Source of the DNA: a virus
Taxonomy: Duplodnaviria > Heunggongvirae > Uroviricota > Caudoviricetes
IMG/VR virus record: IMGVR_UViG_3300037418_003161
Location: 44,420-108,419 of that record
Reading direction: 5' to 3' (one strand)
DNA length: 64,000 nucleotides
Shown here: in pieces, positions 1 to 10,900 of the stretch
Numbering within the stretch: the stretch's first letter is position 1
Layout of the letters: every line of letters begins with the position of its first letter
Translations under genes and position numbers: made by a program
The notes under the pieces: model-generated
What the model was told of the DNA's origin: nothing
The model's database searches: none
What the model saw: only the letters and a program-made list of their open reading frames with translations

Positions 1-3000
1 GGCATGAGACCATGTAGCGTAGGATGGGGCGTTCGGGTTTGTACCCTTTCTGGAAGCAAAGACAAACGCCGCTTTACCCAACTCTTGGTAGGTGGACACT
101 TGGTCTCTTTGGTTGTTGTCGTCCCAATAGATGTTCAGTTGTGACGCTTGAGACTTGGAAACCTTGACGTGTTGACCTACGATGTAAGGTAGGTTGCCAG
201 CCACGGCAAAGCCCATGGAAGCCGGATGCGTTGTGGGAATGGTATTGTAAGAATCCGACCTTGTTGTATATTCACTCAGCGTGTGTCCACTTTGCGGAGC
301 GTCCTCCAAGGTGATAATCCAGTGAGAATAGCTACCGCCCCCTACATTGGAGGTGGTGGTAATGTTCAATGCGCCCCAAGAACCGTAGTTGGTGTAGTTT
401 GTTACCGTACCATAAACCACATTTCCTTCATCGGCCACATCCCAAGAGGCTTTTACATGGTCAAACTGACCTTGCAGTACTGACCAGTAGATGATGCCGT
501 GATTTTTAAAATAAGAGGCTGCATCTTCTTCATACCATCCTTGGCGAACCGGGTTGAAGGCCCATTGGTCAATCAAGGGTTGGTATTCGGCGGCGTTACC
601 ATAGTTTCTAATCGAGGTGATACCCAAGTCCAAAACAGCATCCAGCACCTCTTGGCGCAACCGTACATCCCCGGTGTTGTAAGAGAAGTTCCACCAGTGG
701 GCGTTTACCCCCAAGAAGTTTTTAAGTGGTTTAAGTGGTCTTGAATAAGTGGGTTCGGTGTAGGGCAGATAGTCGGCAATAATTTGTAGCTCCGTCCCGT
801 AGCTTTGGTCAGATGGGCCACGTAAAATCAGCTTGTCGGCAATAAAGAAATCAGACGGTGTATATTCCACCCATGTTTCCCACCCATTGCCAGTAAACGT
901 TCCAATCTCAAGTTCTGCTCCACTATCTTTACGAACCAAAATAACTTTGGTGTCTTGGTTGTTTGGCCCTTGCCTGTCGTAAATTCTTACCTTTCGAACA
1001 ATAGCGTTGTAGTCCTTCAAGTCCACCGACACCTCATGTGGTTCATAAATCAGCGTCCAAGCCGGAAGGAAGGGTTCGGTCAAGTCCCCATCGATAAGGG
1101 TAATGGGACTATTGGTTTCGCTGTTGTCCTGATAAAAGTTGTCCAACACCAACGGCACTTGGCTGTTGAAGGTTGGGGCAGTTGCTTCCGATGGGTCGGG
1201 AGCAAGGGTTTGTTTTTTAAACAGGTTGATTAACTTATTGGTTGTGCTGCTTGTGGCCGAATCGTGTCCTGAACCACTGATAATGTAATTGTTAACGGTA
1301 ACATCAGAAGTCACCTTTATGGTGATGTCCCGGAATCTGTTGTTCACCGGAACATTGGAATAATCAAGGTTGATAAACATTTGATTGCCTACCACATTGT
1401 AGGTCATCACCAAATGCTTTTTCATTTCAAAGTATTCCAACATCTCCTGAAGGGTCGTTACCCAAATTTTGTCGTTACCGACTGTGCCAATATGGTCGAT
1501 AAAGGATTTAAACGCACTCCAATCTGTGCTAACATCGTGTGTTCCTACCCTATAAAGTCTGTGACGAGTAGCATTGGAGGTGTTGGCAAGGGTGGTGATT
1601 TTACTTTTCAAATCATCCACCGTAGTTGTGTCATTCCACTGGTCGGTAAAGTCCCTTAAAAACACACTGTAGTCGGCTGTAACCCCCGACAAATCTGCAA
1701 TGTGGTCGGTAAACATGTTGGGAGGGAAGGAGGTATAGCCATCGGTCACACTTTGAGACGTAGAGGCCAAATACCCTAACTGCTCAACCAAGGGGTTGTA
1801 ACCTGTGTCGTTGTTGGGGGTAATCCAAACCCTTGACAAAAACCCGGTCAAATCCCAAATGTATTTGGTGTTTTCGTTGATGTTATCATATTGGGTAAAT
1901 CCATTGGTTGTATAATACCCATCCATATTGTGGTAGTAGCCATGGTTTTCCAACATAAAATCAACGGAAAGAAGTGATTGTAAATTGGCGGTGGTCAAAT
2001 GACTTGGGTCGTTTAATTCCCCATCGTTAAAATTACTGTGGGCATTCACGGCAACGGCGGCTCGGTATTTCACAGCGTTCCCTGCACCATCGGTAAAGGT
2101 CTTACCACCATAATTCTGTCCATCAATTGGTGCAACGCCTCCGTTTAAATAGGCTAAGATGTTTAAGAAATTGGCCTGACGGTCATCCATCTCCAAGTTA
2201 AATACACCGTCCTTGTCGTATTTCAAATCAGCAAAACTAGCTTCTGCGGAAGTTGGATTACCATCAAAAGTCACAATGATTTGTGAAGTTTGTCCCGCTT
2301 CGGGTGCAGCCGAAGGGGTAATAGATGGTGTCAGTGATTTAGTGGGTGTCACCGAGGGCGTGGGTGTAGCACTTGCTCCGGGTGAGGCTGAAATAGAAAT
2401 GGACGGAGTGGGTGTGTTAGAACCAGTAACCGTTCTTGTAGGCGTAATACTTTTAGTGGGTGTAACGGAAGGAGTGGAACTCACCACTGGTGTCACCGAG
2501 GCCGTCATTGTATTGGTCGGGGTTACACTATTGGTAGGTGTATGAGAAGAAGTCACTGTTTGGGTCGGGGTATGGCTAGGGGTTTTCGTAGGCGTTAAGG
2601 TATTAGTTGGGGTTAGGCTTGCTGTTGGCGATGGTGTATTGGTGGGAGTAACCGTTGGCGAAACAGAGTTGGTTGGTGTATTGGTCGGGGTCGCATTTGG
2701 TGTTCTTGTTTGTGTAACGCTTTTACTTGGCGTATTGGTAACGGTTGTAGTAGGCGTAAGTGTTGGTGTGGAAGAAGATGTAACTGCCGGAGTTGGGGAA
2801 GCGGTCTTGGTTGGGGTCAAAGTACGGGTTGGCGTAGGTGTGGGGTGTACCGTACAATCGGTTTCCATTCCCAAGAACCGCAATTTGGTTTGACAATTGG
2901 CCGCATCGCCAATGAGCATTTCCCACGACACGTTGGGGTCAACCTGATAGAGTACAAATTCATCACAATTCCCCGTTGTACCATAGGTAAATCCACTGTA

Positions 3001-6000
3001 ATTGGCAATATCATCACAGTTTACATACAATCGGTATGGGTCGCCAGTTTCAAATGGCGTACCATTATAAATTCTTAAAAGCAAGTCTTGTGGAACGGAA
3101 CAGTCCGTCATGGGCGTTGCCCCGGAAAGAACCGCAAAAAGGTTGCAATCATGGCAAGCAGTATCCTTGTGGACAACAAATCCCAAAGCCACATCGGAGG
3201 CCGAACAATCGGTATAACCATACTTGTATGTTTTAAAACGAATCTTGGTTACACCGCTTACAGAATAAATCTCGTAATCCAACTTCTTTTTTTGTTGTAC
3301 CGACCTTGGGTCAACGCACAAAGTAACCCCCGATAGGGTTGAACCCGTAGTCCCGAATTCAACGGTATTGAACAACAAGGTATTTTCAATATAGGTTGTC
3401 CCTGTAAAGCCGCACCCCGGAACAGTTTCTTCGGTGTTGATTTTGTTAATCAACGCCTCAATTTCATTCAACCACCCGCTTTCAAACGTGCTGTCATCAA
3501 AAGACATGTAGGTGGTGTAATTACAATACAGGGGCAATCCAGAGCCATAGCTTGGTAAAAAACCACAGGCATCGGGCTTGGTATAGCCGGAAAACAAATT
3601 CAATGTTGCCCCGCTCCCCAAATATTCACTCGTTCCCAAATCCAATAAGGGCTGAACGGTCAGACCGGAAAGAATACACAATCCCCTTGGGTGTTCTTTT
3701 ATGGTAAGGGCCACCTCGTCTTCAACCACGCTTGCAAAGGTTTCGGGGAACAAGTTTTGTATAAATTCTTTCACCTTACAGGTATCCTTGTAGCGAAACT
3801 TGTTGCGATGGAAGATAGAGTTTTCGGTACGGTTGCCTCCTGACCACAAAGTGGTGGCCGGGATGAACTGCTCTACAAGCCGAATCCAAAACGGGGAAAT
3901 GGATTTGATGTAGCCTTCCAGTTTTTGATAGGTATAGGCACTGGTCTCCCCCACATAGCTCACATATTGCTTGTAAATGTTGTACAAGTCCAAATACTTT
4001 TTTATGTATTTGATTTTGTTGATGTCCCGGATGCCTTCACTAATAACTTGGTTGGCAAATTCAGCAAAGGTAATTCCACTGGTGGTGGTTAAATTTCCAA
4101 AACCAACATTGTGAATGTTGGACTGCCGCCATACATCAAAGGCGATGGCTTTGGCTGACGACAGGTATAGGTCAATGTTTTTTACATTCAGCGTCAACTT
4201 GGCATCTTCCCAATCCTCAATGGTGGTGGATTTTTTATTGTCCACCTTCTTGTTCAAGTCAAAACCAAAGTTCAATAAAGGAAACCTTCTCAGTCTATCC
4301 AGATAGGGTTGACCGTAGGTGAATTCCTTGAGGCGTGTTTTAATTACTTTGGTTGAGCCTGTCAATACCGATTTGGTCAGGTCAAGCACTTCTTCGCCTT
4401 TGTGTTCGGTGGTGCGCTCAAACCAACCCGCTCCTTTTTGGAAATAATACTCCGAATTAAAGGTAGCCTTGGTGGGATAACCTTGCTCGTCGATGGGAAA
4501 ATCTTCTCGCTCGTAACTATGGGCCACTTGCTTTTGGGTCACGTTGTATAACCCGTTACTGAATGCTACGGTGGTTTGGGTGTAGGTGCTGTCTTTTAAG
4601 ACTTCATCTAGGCGTTGGTTGACATATTCCATATTCAACGGGGCAGTCACCATATAAACGTGTTCGTTGAATTCATAAAGACTTTCGGGTGCGCCAATGA
4701 ACTTCATTAAAAATTCAATGGGTTTGCGTGTTCCCTTGGCTTTAAACAAATGAGCCACATTAACCAAGAGTCGGCGGTAGAGTTCCACATCGGCTTCGGC
4801 AATGGATTTCGCCTTGGCTTCCCCGGCTAGGGAGGAATCCTTGGTCTTATAAAGCAATTTATTAAGTTCTTCTTCGGTGTAGTGAGTGATGCTTTCCAAT
4901 CCAAGGGTGTCACAAAGATTTTTGAGCAAAAGGTCGGGAACATTGTTGATTTTGTCATAGGTCACGTTCCGCATGTAGGCAATGTTGTCAATAAAATTTT
5001 TGATATTGTCAAACTCATGCCCATAGACCTTTAAAATGCTGTCCACCTTGAACTCCGGGGTATCAAACTCCTGTAAGGAAGAGGTAATTAAAAACCGGGT
5101 AATTAAATTGGATTTGTATTCATCAATGGCCTCTGCAATTTCATTAATCTTGTTAATGTAGGTGGTATACTGGCTTGTCTTAATATCCAAGTTATACCCA
5201 TCCACCACATTCCATGTGGCTGTTTCAATTTCAAAGAACGTCCCGGTTTCCATCTCCTTTGGTACTTTAAAGGAAGTTTGGTAAATGGGGTGTGCTTCCC
5301 GGTTCAAAAGAATGTTTTCCACCACATCAAGGTTGAAGAAATAATCCTCAATTAATTGGTATTGGGGTTTGATTAAAAAGTTTTGGCTTGAGCCGGAAAT
5401 AAAGGGCCGTCCCTCTACGGTCAGGACGAGGGGTGCGGTAGCTGTAGTGGGGGGTGTATAATTTAAAATATTATAAGATACGCCGGACACTTCCACAGCA
5501 TAGCGAGAATAGGTTTTGGTGAAGTTGCGCAGTTCTGAAAACGCCTCATCGGTGGGTAGGATTGCACCCATGCTGCTGTATTCAATATCAAAGTCATTTT
5601 TTAAGGCTGACTGTGGCACAGAAAACCGGGTGCGTTTCAGGGTGGCATCATACGTTACCCCGGAAGCGGTAATCCCACTCAAGTTGGAGGCAATGTCCTT
5701 GGATACCACCATTGCTGCCGGAAAGGTTTTGATAATATGTTCAATACCCACCCGCAAACGTTCCTTGAGTGAGCCAAACAGAGAAACATAGGAAGCATCG
5801 CTTTTATCCTTATTAAAGGTAACAAGTGACGCATTCCTTTTTTGTTGGACTTCCTGTACTTTGATAGGGTCAAGGTCGTCTAAGGAAATGGGTTTGGAGA
5901 AATCGGTGGTGATGAAATGTCTGTCGTCCTTTTCCGGGGTTACACTATTGAACAAGAAATTTTCTTGTGTCATTTGTGGAGACCCGGTGGTTATCTGATT

Positions 6001-6075
6001 ACCAACTAAATTGTCTGAGAACGTCCCTGTACCGCTACCCGGTGTAGGAGGACATTTTATCTTCTTTTTCGCCAT
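1..6075 (-). CDS. Giant baseplate wedge/fibre-attachment protein (T4 gp7 / P2 gpI-like N-terminal region) with internal PT-rich tract; at least 2025 aa, 3' end outside the window
   Basis: Absent from the ORF track because it runs off the left edge. ATG at 6075 overlaps the TAA of the upstream gene (TAATG). Begins MAKKKIKCPPTPGSGTGTFSDNLVG; no stops in the stretches I translated. Contains YRRLLVNVAHLFKAKGTRKPIEFLMKFIG (gpI/gp7-type KGT motif, about 4700-4780) and a PT tract at about 2300-2855. Confidence 0.8.
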   Translation of the reverse strand, partial: MAKKKIKCPPTPGSGTGTFSDNLVGNQITTGSPQMTQENFLFNSVTPEKDDRHFITTDFSKPISLDDLDPIKVQEVQQKRNASLVTFNKDKSDASYVSLFGSLKERLRVGIEHIIKTFPAAMVVSKDIASNLSGITASGVTYDATLKRTRFSVPQSALKNDFDIEYSSMGAILPTDEAFSELRNFTKTYSRYAVEVSGVSYNILNYTPPTTATAPLVLTVEGRPFISGSSQNFLIKPQYQLIEDYFFNLDVVENILLNREAHPIYQTSFKVPKEMETGTFFEIETATWNVVDGYNLDIKTSQYTTYINKINEIAEAIDEYKSNLITRFLITSSLQEFDTPEFKVDSILKVYGHEFDNIKNFIDNIAYMRNVTYDKINNVPDLLLKNLCDTLGLESITHYTEEELNKLLYKTKDSSLAGEAKAKSIAEADVELYRRLLVNVAHLFKAKGTRKPIEFLMKFIGAPESLYEFNEHVYMVTAPLNMEYVNQRLDEVLKDSTYTQTTVAFSNGLYNVTQKQVAHSYEREDFPIDEQGYPTKATFNSEYYFQKGAGWFERTTEHKGEEVLDLTKSVLTGSTKVIKTRLKEFTYGQPYLDRLRRFPLLNFGFDLNKKVDNKKSTTIEDWEDAKLTLNVKNIDLYLSSAKAIAFDVWRQSNIHNVGFGNLTTTSGITFAEFANQVISEGIRDINKIKYIKKYLDLYNIYKQYVSYVGETSAYTYQKLEGYIKSISPFWIRLVEQFIPATTLWSGGNRTENSIFHRNKFRYKDTCKVKEFIQNLFPETFASVVEDEVALTIKEHPRGLCILSGLTVQPLLDLGTSEYLGSGATLNLFSGYTKPDACGFLPSYGSGLPLYCNYTTYMSFDDSTFESGWLNEIEALINKINTEETVPGCGFTGTTYIENTLLFNTVEFGTTGSTLSGVTLCVDPRSVQQKKKLDYEIYSVSGVTKIRFKTYKYGYTDCSASDVALGFVVHKDTACHDCNLFAVLSGATPMTDCSVPQDLLLRIYNGTPFETGDPYRLYVNCDDIANYSGFTYGTTGNCDEFVLYQVDPNVSWEMLIGDAANCQTKLRFLGMETDCTVHPTPTPTRTLTPTKTASPTPAVTSSSTPTLTPTTTVTNTPSKSVTQTRTPNATPTNTPTNSVSPTVTPTNTPSPTASLTPTNTLTPTKTPSHTPTQTVTSSHTPTNSVTPTNTMTASVTPVVSSTPSVTPTKSITPTRTVTGSNTPTPSISISASPGASATPTPSVTPTKSLTPSITPSAAPEAGQTSQIIVTFDGNPTSAEASFADLKYDKDGVFNLEMDDRQANFLNILAYLNGGVAPIDGQNYGGKTFTDGAGNAVKYRAAVAVNAHSNFNDGELNDPSHLTTANLQSLLSVDFMLENHGYYHNMDGYYTTNGFTQYDNINENTKYIWDLTGFLSRVWITPNNDTGYNPLVEQLGYLASTSQSVTDGYTSFPPNMFTDHIADLSGVTADYSVFLRDFTDQWNDTTTVDDLKSKITTLANTSNATRHRLYRVGTHDVSTDWSAFKSFIDHIGTVGNDKIWVTTLQEMLEYFEMKKHLVMTYNVVGNQMFINLDYSNVPVNNRFRDITIKVTSDVTVNNYIISGSGHDSATSSTTNKLINLFKKQTLAPDPSEATAPTFNSQVPLVLDNFYQDNSETNSPITLIDGDLTEPFLPAWTLIYEPHEVSVDLKDYNAIVRKVRIYDRQGPNNQDTKVILVRKDSGAELEIGTFTGNGWETWVEYTPSDFFIADKLILRGPSDQSYGTELQIIADYLPYTEPTYSRPLKPLKNFLGVNAHWWNFSYNTGDVRLRQEVLDAVLDLGITSIRNYGNAAEYQPLIDQWAFNPVRQGWYEEDAASYFKNHGIIYWSVLQGQFDHVKASWDVADEGNVVYGTVTNYTNYGSWGALNITTTSNVGGGSYSHWIITLEDAPQSGHTLSEYTTRSDSYNTIPTTHPASMGFAVAGNLPYIVGQHVKVSKSQASQLNIYWDDNNQRDQVSTYQELGKAAFVFASRKGTNPNAPSYATWSHA

Positions 6076-6983
6076 TATGTAGAAATAATATCATCAAATC
6101 CTTTTGAAGTGTCAATGTTATCACCTCGGTCTTCCCGTACTTCAAAGAGTTTATTATTAATCTCGTCTTTAATTTCAAAGAGGTTGAACTGTTTATAAAT
6201 ATTTTTATCCTTGTCATAAATGGTGTAAATACCGTCTTCCATGGATTTTGTTTGGTTGCCGTACAAAGCGTAGGCAAGTGTTTGAAAGTCGTGTTCAACC
6301 ATCTCTACTTCAATCACCACTGGATTGAAAAACGTATTGGATACAATGATGTTTTGATTGGGCTGTCCAATAAAGGGAATGGCGTTGGGTTTATTGGAGG
6401 GAGCAGAAGAGGGGGTCAGCGTACAAAACACCAAGTTGGATTGGGATTCCACATAGCGGTAACGAATGGCTTTTTGGTTCGTATTGGTCAAATTGGATAC
6501 CACTGGTTCACAATAAAAGCAGGAGGTGATGATACGAAACAGGTTGGGTATTTTTGACCCATCGTTGTTTAAATACTCTACCCGGTAGCCTACAAGTCCG
6601 TTATTGATAAAATTGTTGCGGTATTTGGAAGGTACGTTGGAAATGTCAATGACCACCCCCCGGATGGACGGTAGGGAGGCCAGTACACCACAATCCGCAA
6701 TAGAAGTACGGATTTGGGTAGGACGTAGGTAAAGGGTGTATAAGCCCATGGCCGAAAACTCAGAGGAATCCAATTTTAAATTGTATAGCCCTCCTAAAAG
6801 TTCCACGTTTTCATTTCCACCCGTTTGCGCATTGTGATACAGGGGTGTAATAATATCGGTGGAAACCAATTTTTTCATTGTCACTTGTTCATTAGCATCC
6901 CTCGATTTGACATAATGCATGATGATTTCCACGTCTTCAGGAGAAACATCCGCAGCCCTTTTTATTCCATACGACCCAATCAT
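6075..6983 (-). CDS. Conserved virion-module protein, 302 aa, function unknown
   Basis: Long beta-rich ORF in the tail operon, preceded by TATTTAT and coupled to the downstream giant ORF. Confidence 0.75.
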   Translation of the reverse strand: MIGSYGIKRAADVSPEDVEIIMHYVKSRDANEQVTMKKLVSTDIITPLYHNAQTGGNENVELLGGLYNLKLDSSEFSAMGLYTLYLRPTQIRTSIADCGVLASLPSIRGVVIDISNVPSKYRNNFINNGLVGYRVEYLNNDGSKIPNLFRIITSCFYCEPVVSNLTNTNQKAIRYRYVESQSNLVFCTLTPSSAPSNKPNAIPFIGQPNQNIIVSNTFFNPVVIEVEMVEHDFQTLAYALYGNQTKSMEDGIYTIYDKDKNIYKQFNLFEIKDEINNKLFEVREDRGDNIDTSKGFDDIIST

Positions 6984-7006
6984 TTTCTAGTTTTTAAATA
7001 AATAGT

Positions 7007-7921
7007 TTATACTGTCCTTTTAACATTGAAATATTTGTTACCATATACTTCTATCTCACCTACTGAATCCACCTCGCAAAGTCGTAGGTTGTGTTCAAAG
7101 ACCGAAATTGTTCCCCGCTCCACGTACACATCTGATTGAACGGTAATGTCTTCCACCACCCCCATGAGGCCATCGTCCTTGGTAATGAGTTGGAAAAGCA
7201 GTTGCAGGGGGTTGTCCCCCACGTTGTTGTGGAAATAGGTTAGTCCATCGGGAAAATCGGTATAAAAGATGTTATCAATAGTATATGCCGTATAACCATC
7301 TGTAATACCACCCACCAACACACCGTTACCGTTGGAATCCAGCCCTTCCACCACCTTTTTCTGACCATACTTGAGTAGTTCGGAAAGTCTAGTTTTGGTA
7401 AAGCCTGAGACGAATACATCATCCTGTTCCAGTTGTTCTTCTACGGCATCGTGGAGGGAAATAAAATCTTGTTCAAAGGTGGCGTCCGAATAGGGAACTT
7501 TTATACTAAGCGTTCCAAATGGATTGGTGATGGTAGCGTCACCACCAACTTCAATTGTTTTTTTGACACTATCCGTCCATGGGGTTTCCAGCTTCAGGGT
7601 AAGTTCATACTTCCCGGTGGTGGAATAAGTGTGGCTAATGCTCTGTTCAATGGCTACCAGTTCTGAGCTACCGTCTCCCCAATAAATTTTATAGATTACG
7701 TCTTTTAGCTCCACGAAAGAGTTCTTGTCACTTGAATTAAAAAGGGTGACGACCTTCCCGGAAGCAGTATAGGTGAAATTACATTTGTTCTTCTCTTGTA
7801 AGATATCACCGTCTGTTACGGTATAAAAACCGATATCATCAAAGTCCTTTTCCAAATACACCACGAAGTTGAGGGTGGTGGCTGAAGCCGGAGTGTTTTC
7901 AGGTGATATGATGTAATTCAT
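7007..7921 (-). CDS. PKD-domain virion protein (about 304 aa; alternative start 7927)
   Basis: PKD signature IYWGDGS...SISHTYSTTGKYELTL. The first ATG overlaps the TATTTAT motif, so the second ATG is preferred. Confidence 0.7.
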   Translation of the reverse strand: MNYIISPENTPASATTLNFVVYLEKDFDDIGFYTVTDGDILQEKNKCNFTYTASGKVVTLFNSSDKNSFVELKDVIYKIYWGDGSSELVAIEQSISHTYSTTGKYELTLKLETPWTDSVKKTIEVGGDATITNPFGTLSIKVPYSDATFEQDFISLHDAVEEQLEQDDVFVSGFTKTRLSELLKYGQKKVVEGLDSNGNGVLVGGITDGYTAYTIDNIFYTDFPDGLTYFHNNVGDNPLQLLFQLITKDDGLMGVVEDITVQSDVYVERGTISVFEHNLRLCEVDSVGEIEVYGNKYFNVKRTV

Positions 7922-7967
7922 ATTCATAAATATGCACGTTACAATTCAATAAAGAAAGAGTTGGGAA

Positions 7968-10900
7968 TTATTGGTATGTGACGGTAACTGTCACCCAATC
8001 GTATCTAAGGGTAACATTGGCTGATGAGCTATTTCCAGTTTTGGGGGCAGCATAAATTCTAAGCTGAATTGTTTGATTGCTGTTGTGAGTTACAGAAACA
8101 GCCGAACCATTCACGGTGGCCCATGAGGTGGTGGAACTAAAGGTTGCAGAGTTGCTAAACGTACCACTTAGACTTGTACCCGCACCTGTCCAAAGTTCAG
8201 CCTGTCCCCTAGTGGATGTGTTGTTACCAGTGTTGTAAGTGGAACACATCCAATCATAGTCAAGGTCAACCCGGATGATTTTTGAACCCGCAGTCAAACC
8301 AAGGTCTTCGTATGTTCCCTGCCATACCCAATAACCACCAGTGTTGGTGTTGTTTCTGCCCGACATAACCGATTGAAGCGTACCGTCCCCGGAGTTGGTA
8401 TCGTTGGTGGAGTCTGACCCGGAGGTAGTGTCCCTCGATGCAGTGATGGCGTTTGCACCTGTATTGGTAAATGTCCACGACTCCGCACTGGTGTTGAAGG
8501 AGAAGTTTTTGGTAAATGTAAAGGTAGGCCCGGATTGGGTTGGTGTTACCGTATTGGTCGGCGTATTGGTTGGAGTTGCGGTAACGGTAGCACTTGCAGA
8601 TAGTGTAGGGGTTGGGGTAGGAGACTGTGGAATCAAGGTAGGTGAATACGTTAATTTGTACCCTGCGCTTACTGCTCCTGCTGAATTCAACGCATACTGC
8701 ATATAGTTATATAAACCATTTTGAATACCAATAGTAGCAGAAGAGCTATCAACATTTGGCCCATATATAAAATCAAATGTGCCGTCTTCGTGCAGTGCTA
8801 CCTGAAAATTCATTATAGGTGTTTGTGAAGGAGAAGGCGAGGCCCTCCATTCAATTATAAATTGTCGATTGGGTGCAGTTCCGATAGTATCAACAGAAAT
8901 CGTAGTACCCGTAAATTCTGTAGTTAACTCATCCCAAAGCGGATATAATAGTCTGTGGGTAAGATTTATAGGAAGGGCTGAATTCGCACCATCAAGTTGT
9001 ATTCTACTATCAAAATCTATCAGACCATTGGGTGAGACGTTAACTGACGTGTACGTACCTTCATAATACTTAAATGAAAACGGTAGCGGAATACTTCTAA
9101 CCACAATGTCATAGTGGTGTTCATAATCCACCGTAGCATTTGTATATGTAACTCCTGTGGTAACGGTTAGGCTATAACCGTTTATTTGGCTACCGATTGA
9201 CCTTGAAATGGTTGGTGTGACCGTTGGTGTAGGAGTGTAGGTTGGGGTAGCGGTGGGTGCAATTGGGCCTACCACTTCCCATGTGATGACTGAACCTGAA
9301 GAAACTGCATTAGGGGTGTTGTATGAAAATTGTATTGAATCAAAAATATATGCAGAAGAAAAATTACTGCTCTGATTAACAACACCATTTTGTAAACCAA
9401 TGGTTGCAGAGTCCGTATTCACATCCATGTATACATATTCAATTTTATTTGACCCTTCGTAAAGACGAACTTCAAAGTGGGCCGGGCTGTTATCTACAAA
9501 CCGCCTTGCCCTACACTCGATATTGTATACTCGGTTGGGGGCTGTTCCTGTGGTACTATAATATATTCCACACGGTGTTCCCGCAACACCATAAATGGTG
9601 GTTGTCCCATCGGTTCGCAAATCATCCCACAAGGGGTAAAGTTGGTCTCCATAATTGTTTAGGGGAAGCGGTTCATTTCTAGCCCATGGGTCAAATCCTC
9701 TAAAATAAATTACACAGTTTGAATCCATCGAATAGGCACTATATTCTTTTCCGTAATAATAAAAATTAAACGGAAGGTCAATATCCGAAAATAACGTTTC
9801 ATTTCCTGTGATGAAAAGGTTTGTTATACCACTGGTGATTGTTCCACCTGTTGCTACACTATAACTATAGGTATACATTTTCATACCCGTATCCTCACCC
9901 ACGCTTGGAGAAAGCGTTGGAGTGCGGGTTGGTGATGCCCCAATTGTATGTGAAGGGGTGGTGGAAGGAGTAACAGAAGGAGTTGGGGTGGGTGTTGCCG
10001 GATTTAAGACACTATAGCTAATTGTTGTTCCGGTTGTTACAGCGTTTGGAGTATTAAAACATACTTTGTCAAAATCTATAACCCTATCCAGTTGGGCGTC
10101 ATAATTTTGTATACCAATGGTGGCTGAAGATGTGTCGTTCAAAATAGTATTTGAATAAACAAATTCAAATTGATTAGATGTTTCATGTAAACGTACCTCA
10201 AAATGTATCTTATTTCCACTATTTAAAAAAGTTCCCCTGTATTCAATATATACAACTCGATTCGGAGCAGTTCCGGTTGTACCAGTATAAATTCCACAAG
10301 ATGTAAGTGTGCCGCCAAAAGAATCATTACCACTAGTTGTAATGTCGTCCCATAAGGGTATCATGGCTGTCTTTGCAAGAGTGCTTGGTAAGTCTGAGTT
10401 GTTGTATACGGTATCTCCTCCATCAAATGTAAGTAAACCATTACTATTTGCATTTAAACTATTAAATGGTTTTCCATAAAAATTAAATGTAAATGGAAGG
10501 AATATTATGGTATCTACTTCATCGCCTTGCGTATTTGTAAAATCTTTACCCGACACATTAATTGTCCCCCCGGAAGTTATTGTCCTGCTGTAACTATAAA
10601 AATTTGATACAGGCGGTGTAGAACTTGGGGTCGGCGTATTAGTGGGTGTCACACTATTAGTAGGGGTAAGCGTACTGGTAGGTGTAGTAGTTGGTGTGTT
10701 GGTTGGCGTAACACTTGTAGTTGGTGTATTGGTAGGTGTAGTAGTTGGTGTATTTGTTGGAGTGATAGTAGCGGTTTTGGTGGTGGTAGGTGTGTTACTC
10801 CTTGTCGGTGTATTTGTAGCTGTTGGAGTAAGCGTTTGAGTTGGTGTAATATTTGGATTTGGAACAATATATTTGTTGTATAAATAATTCTCAACATTTT

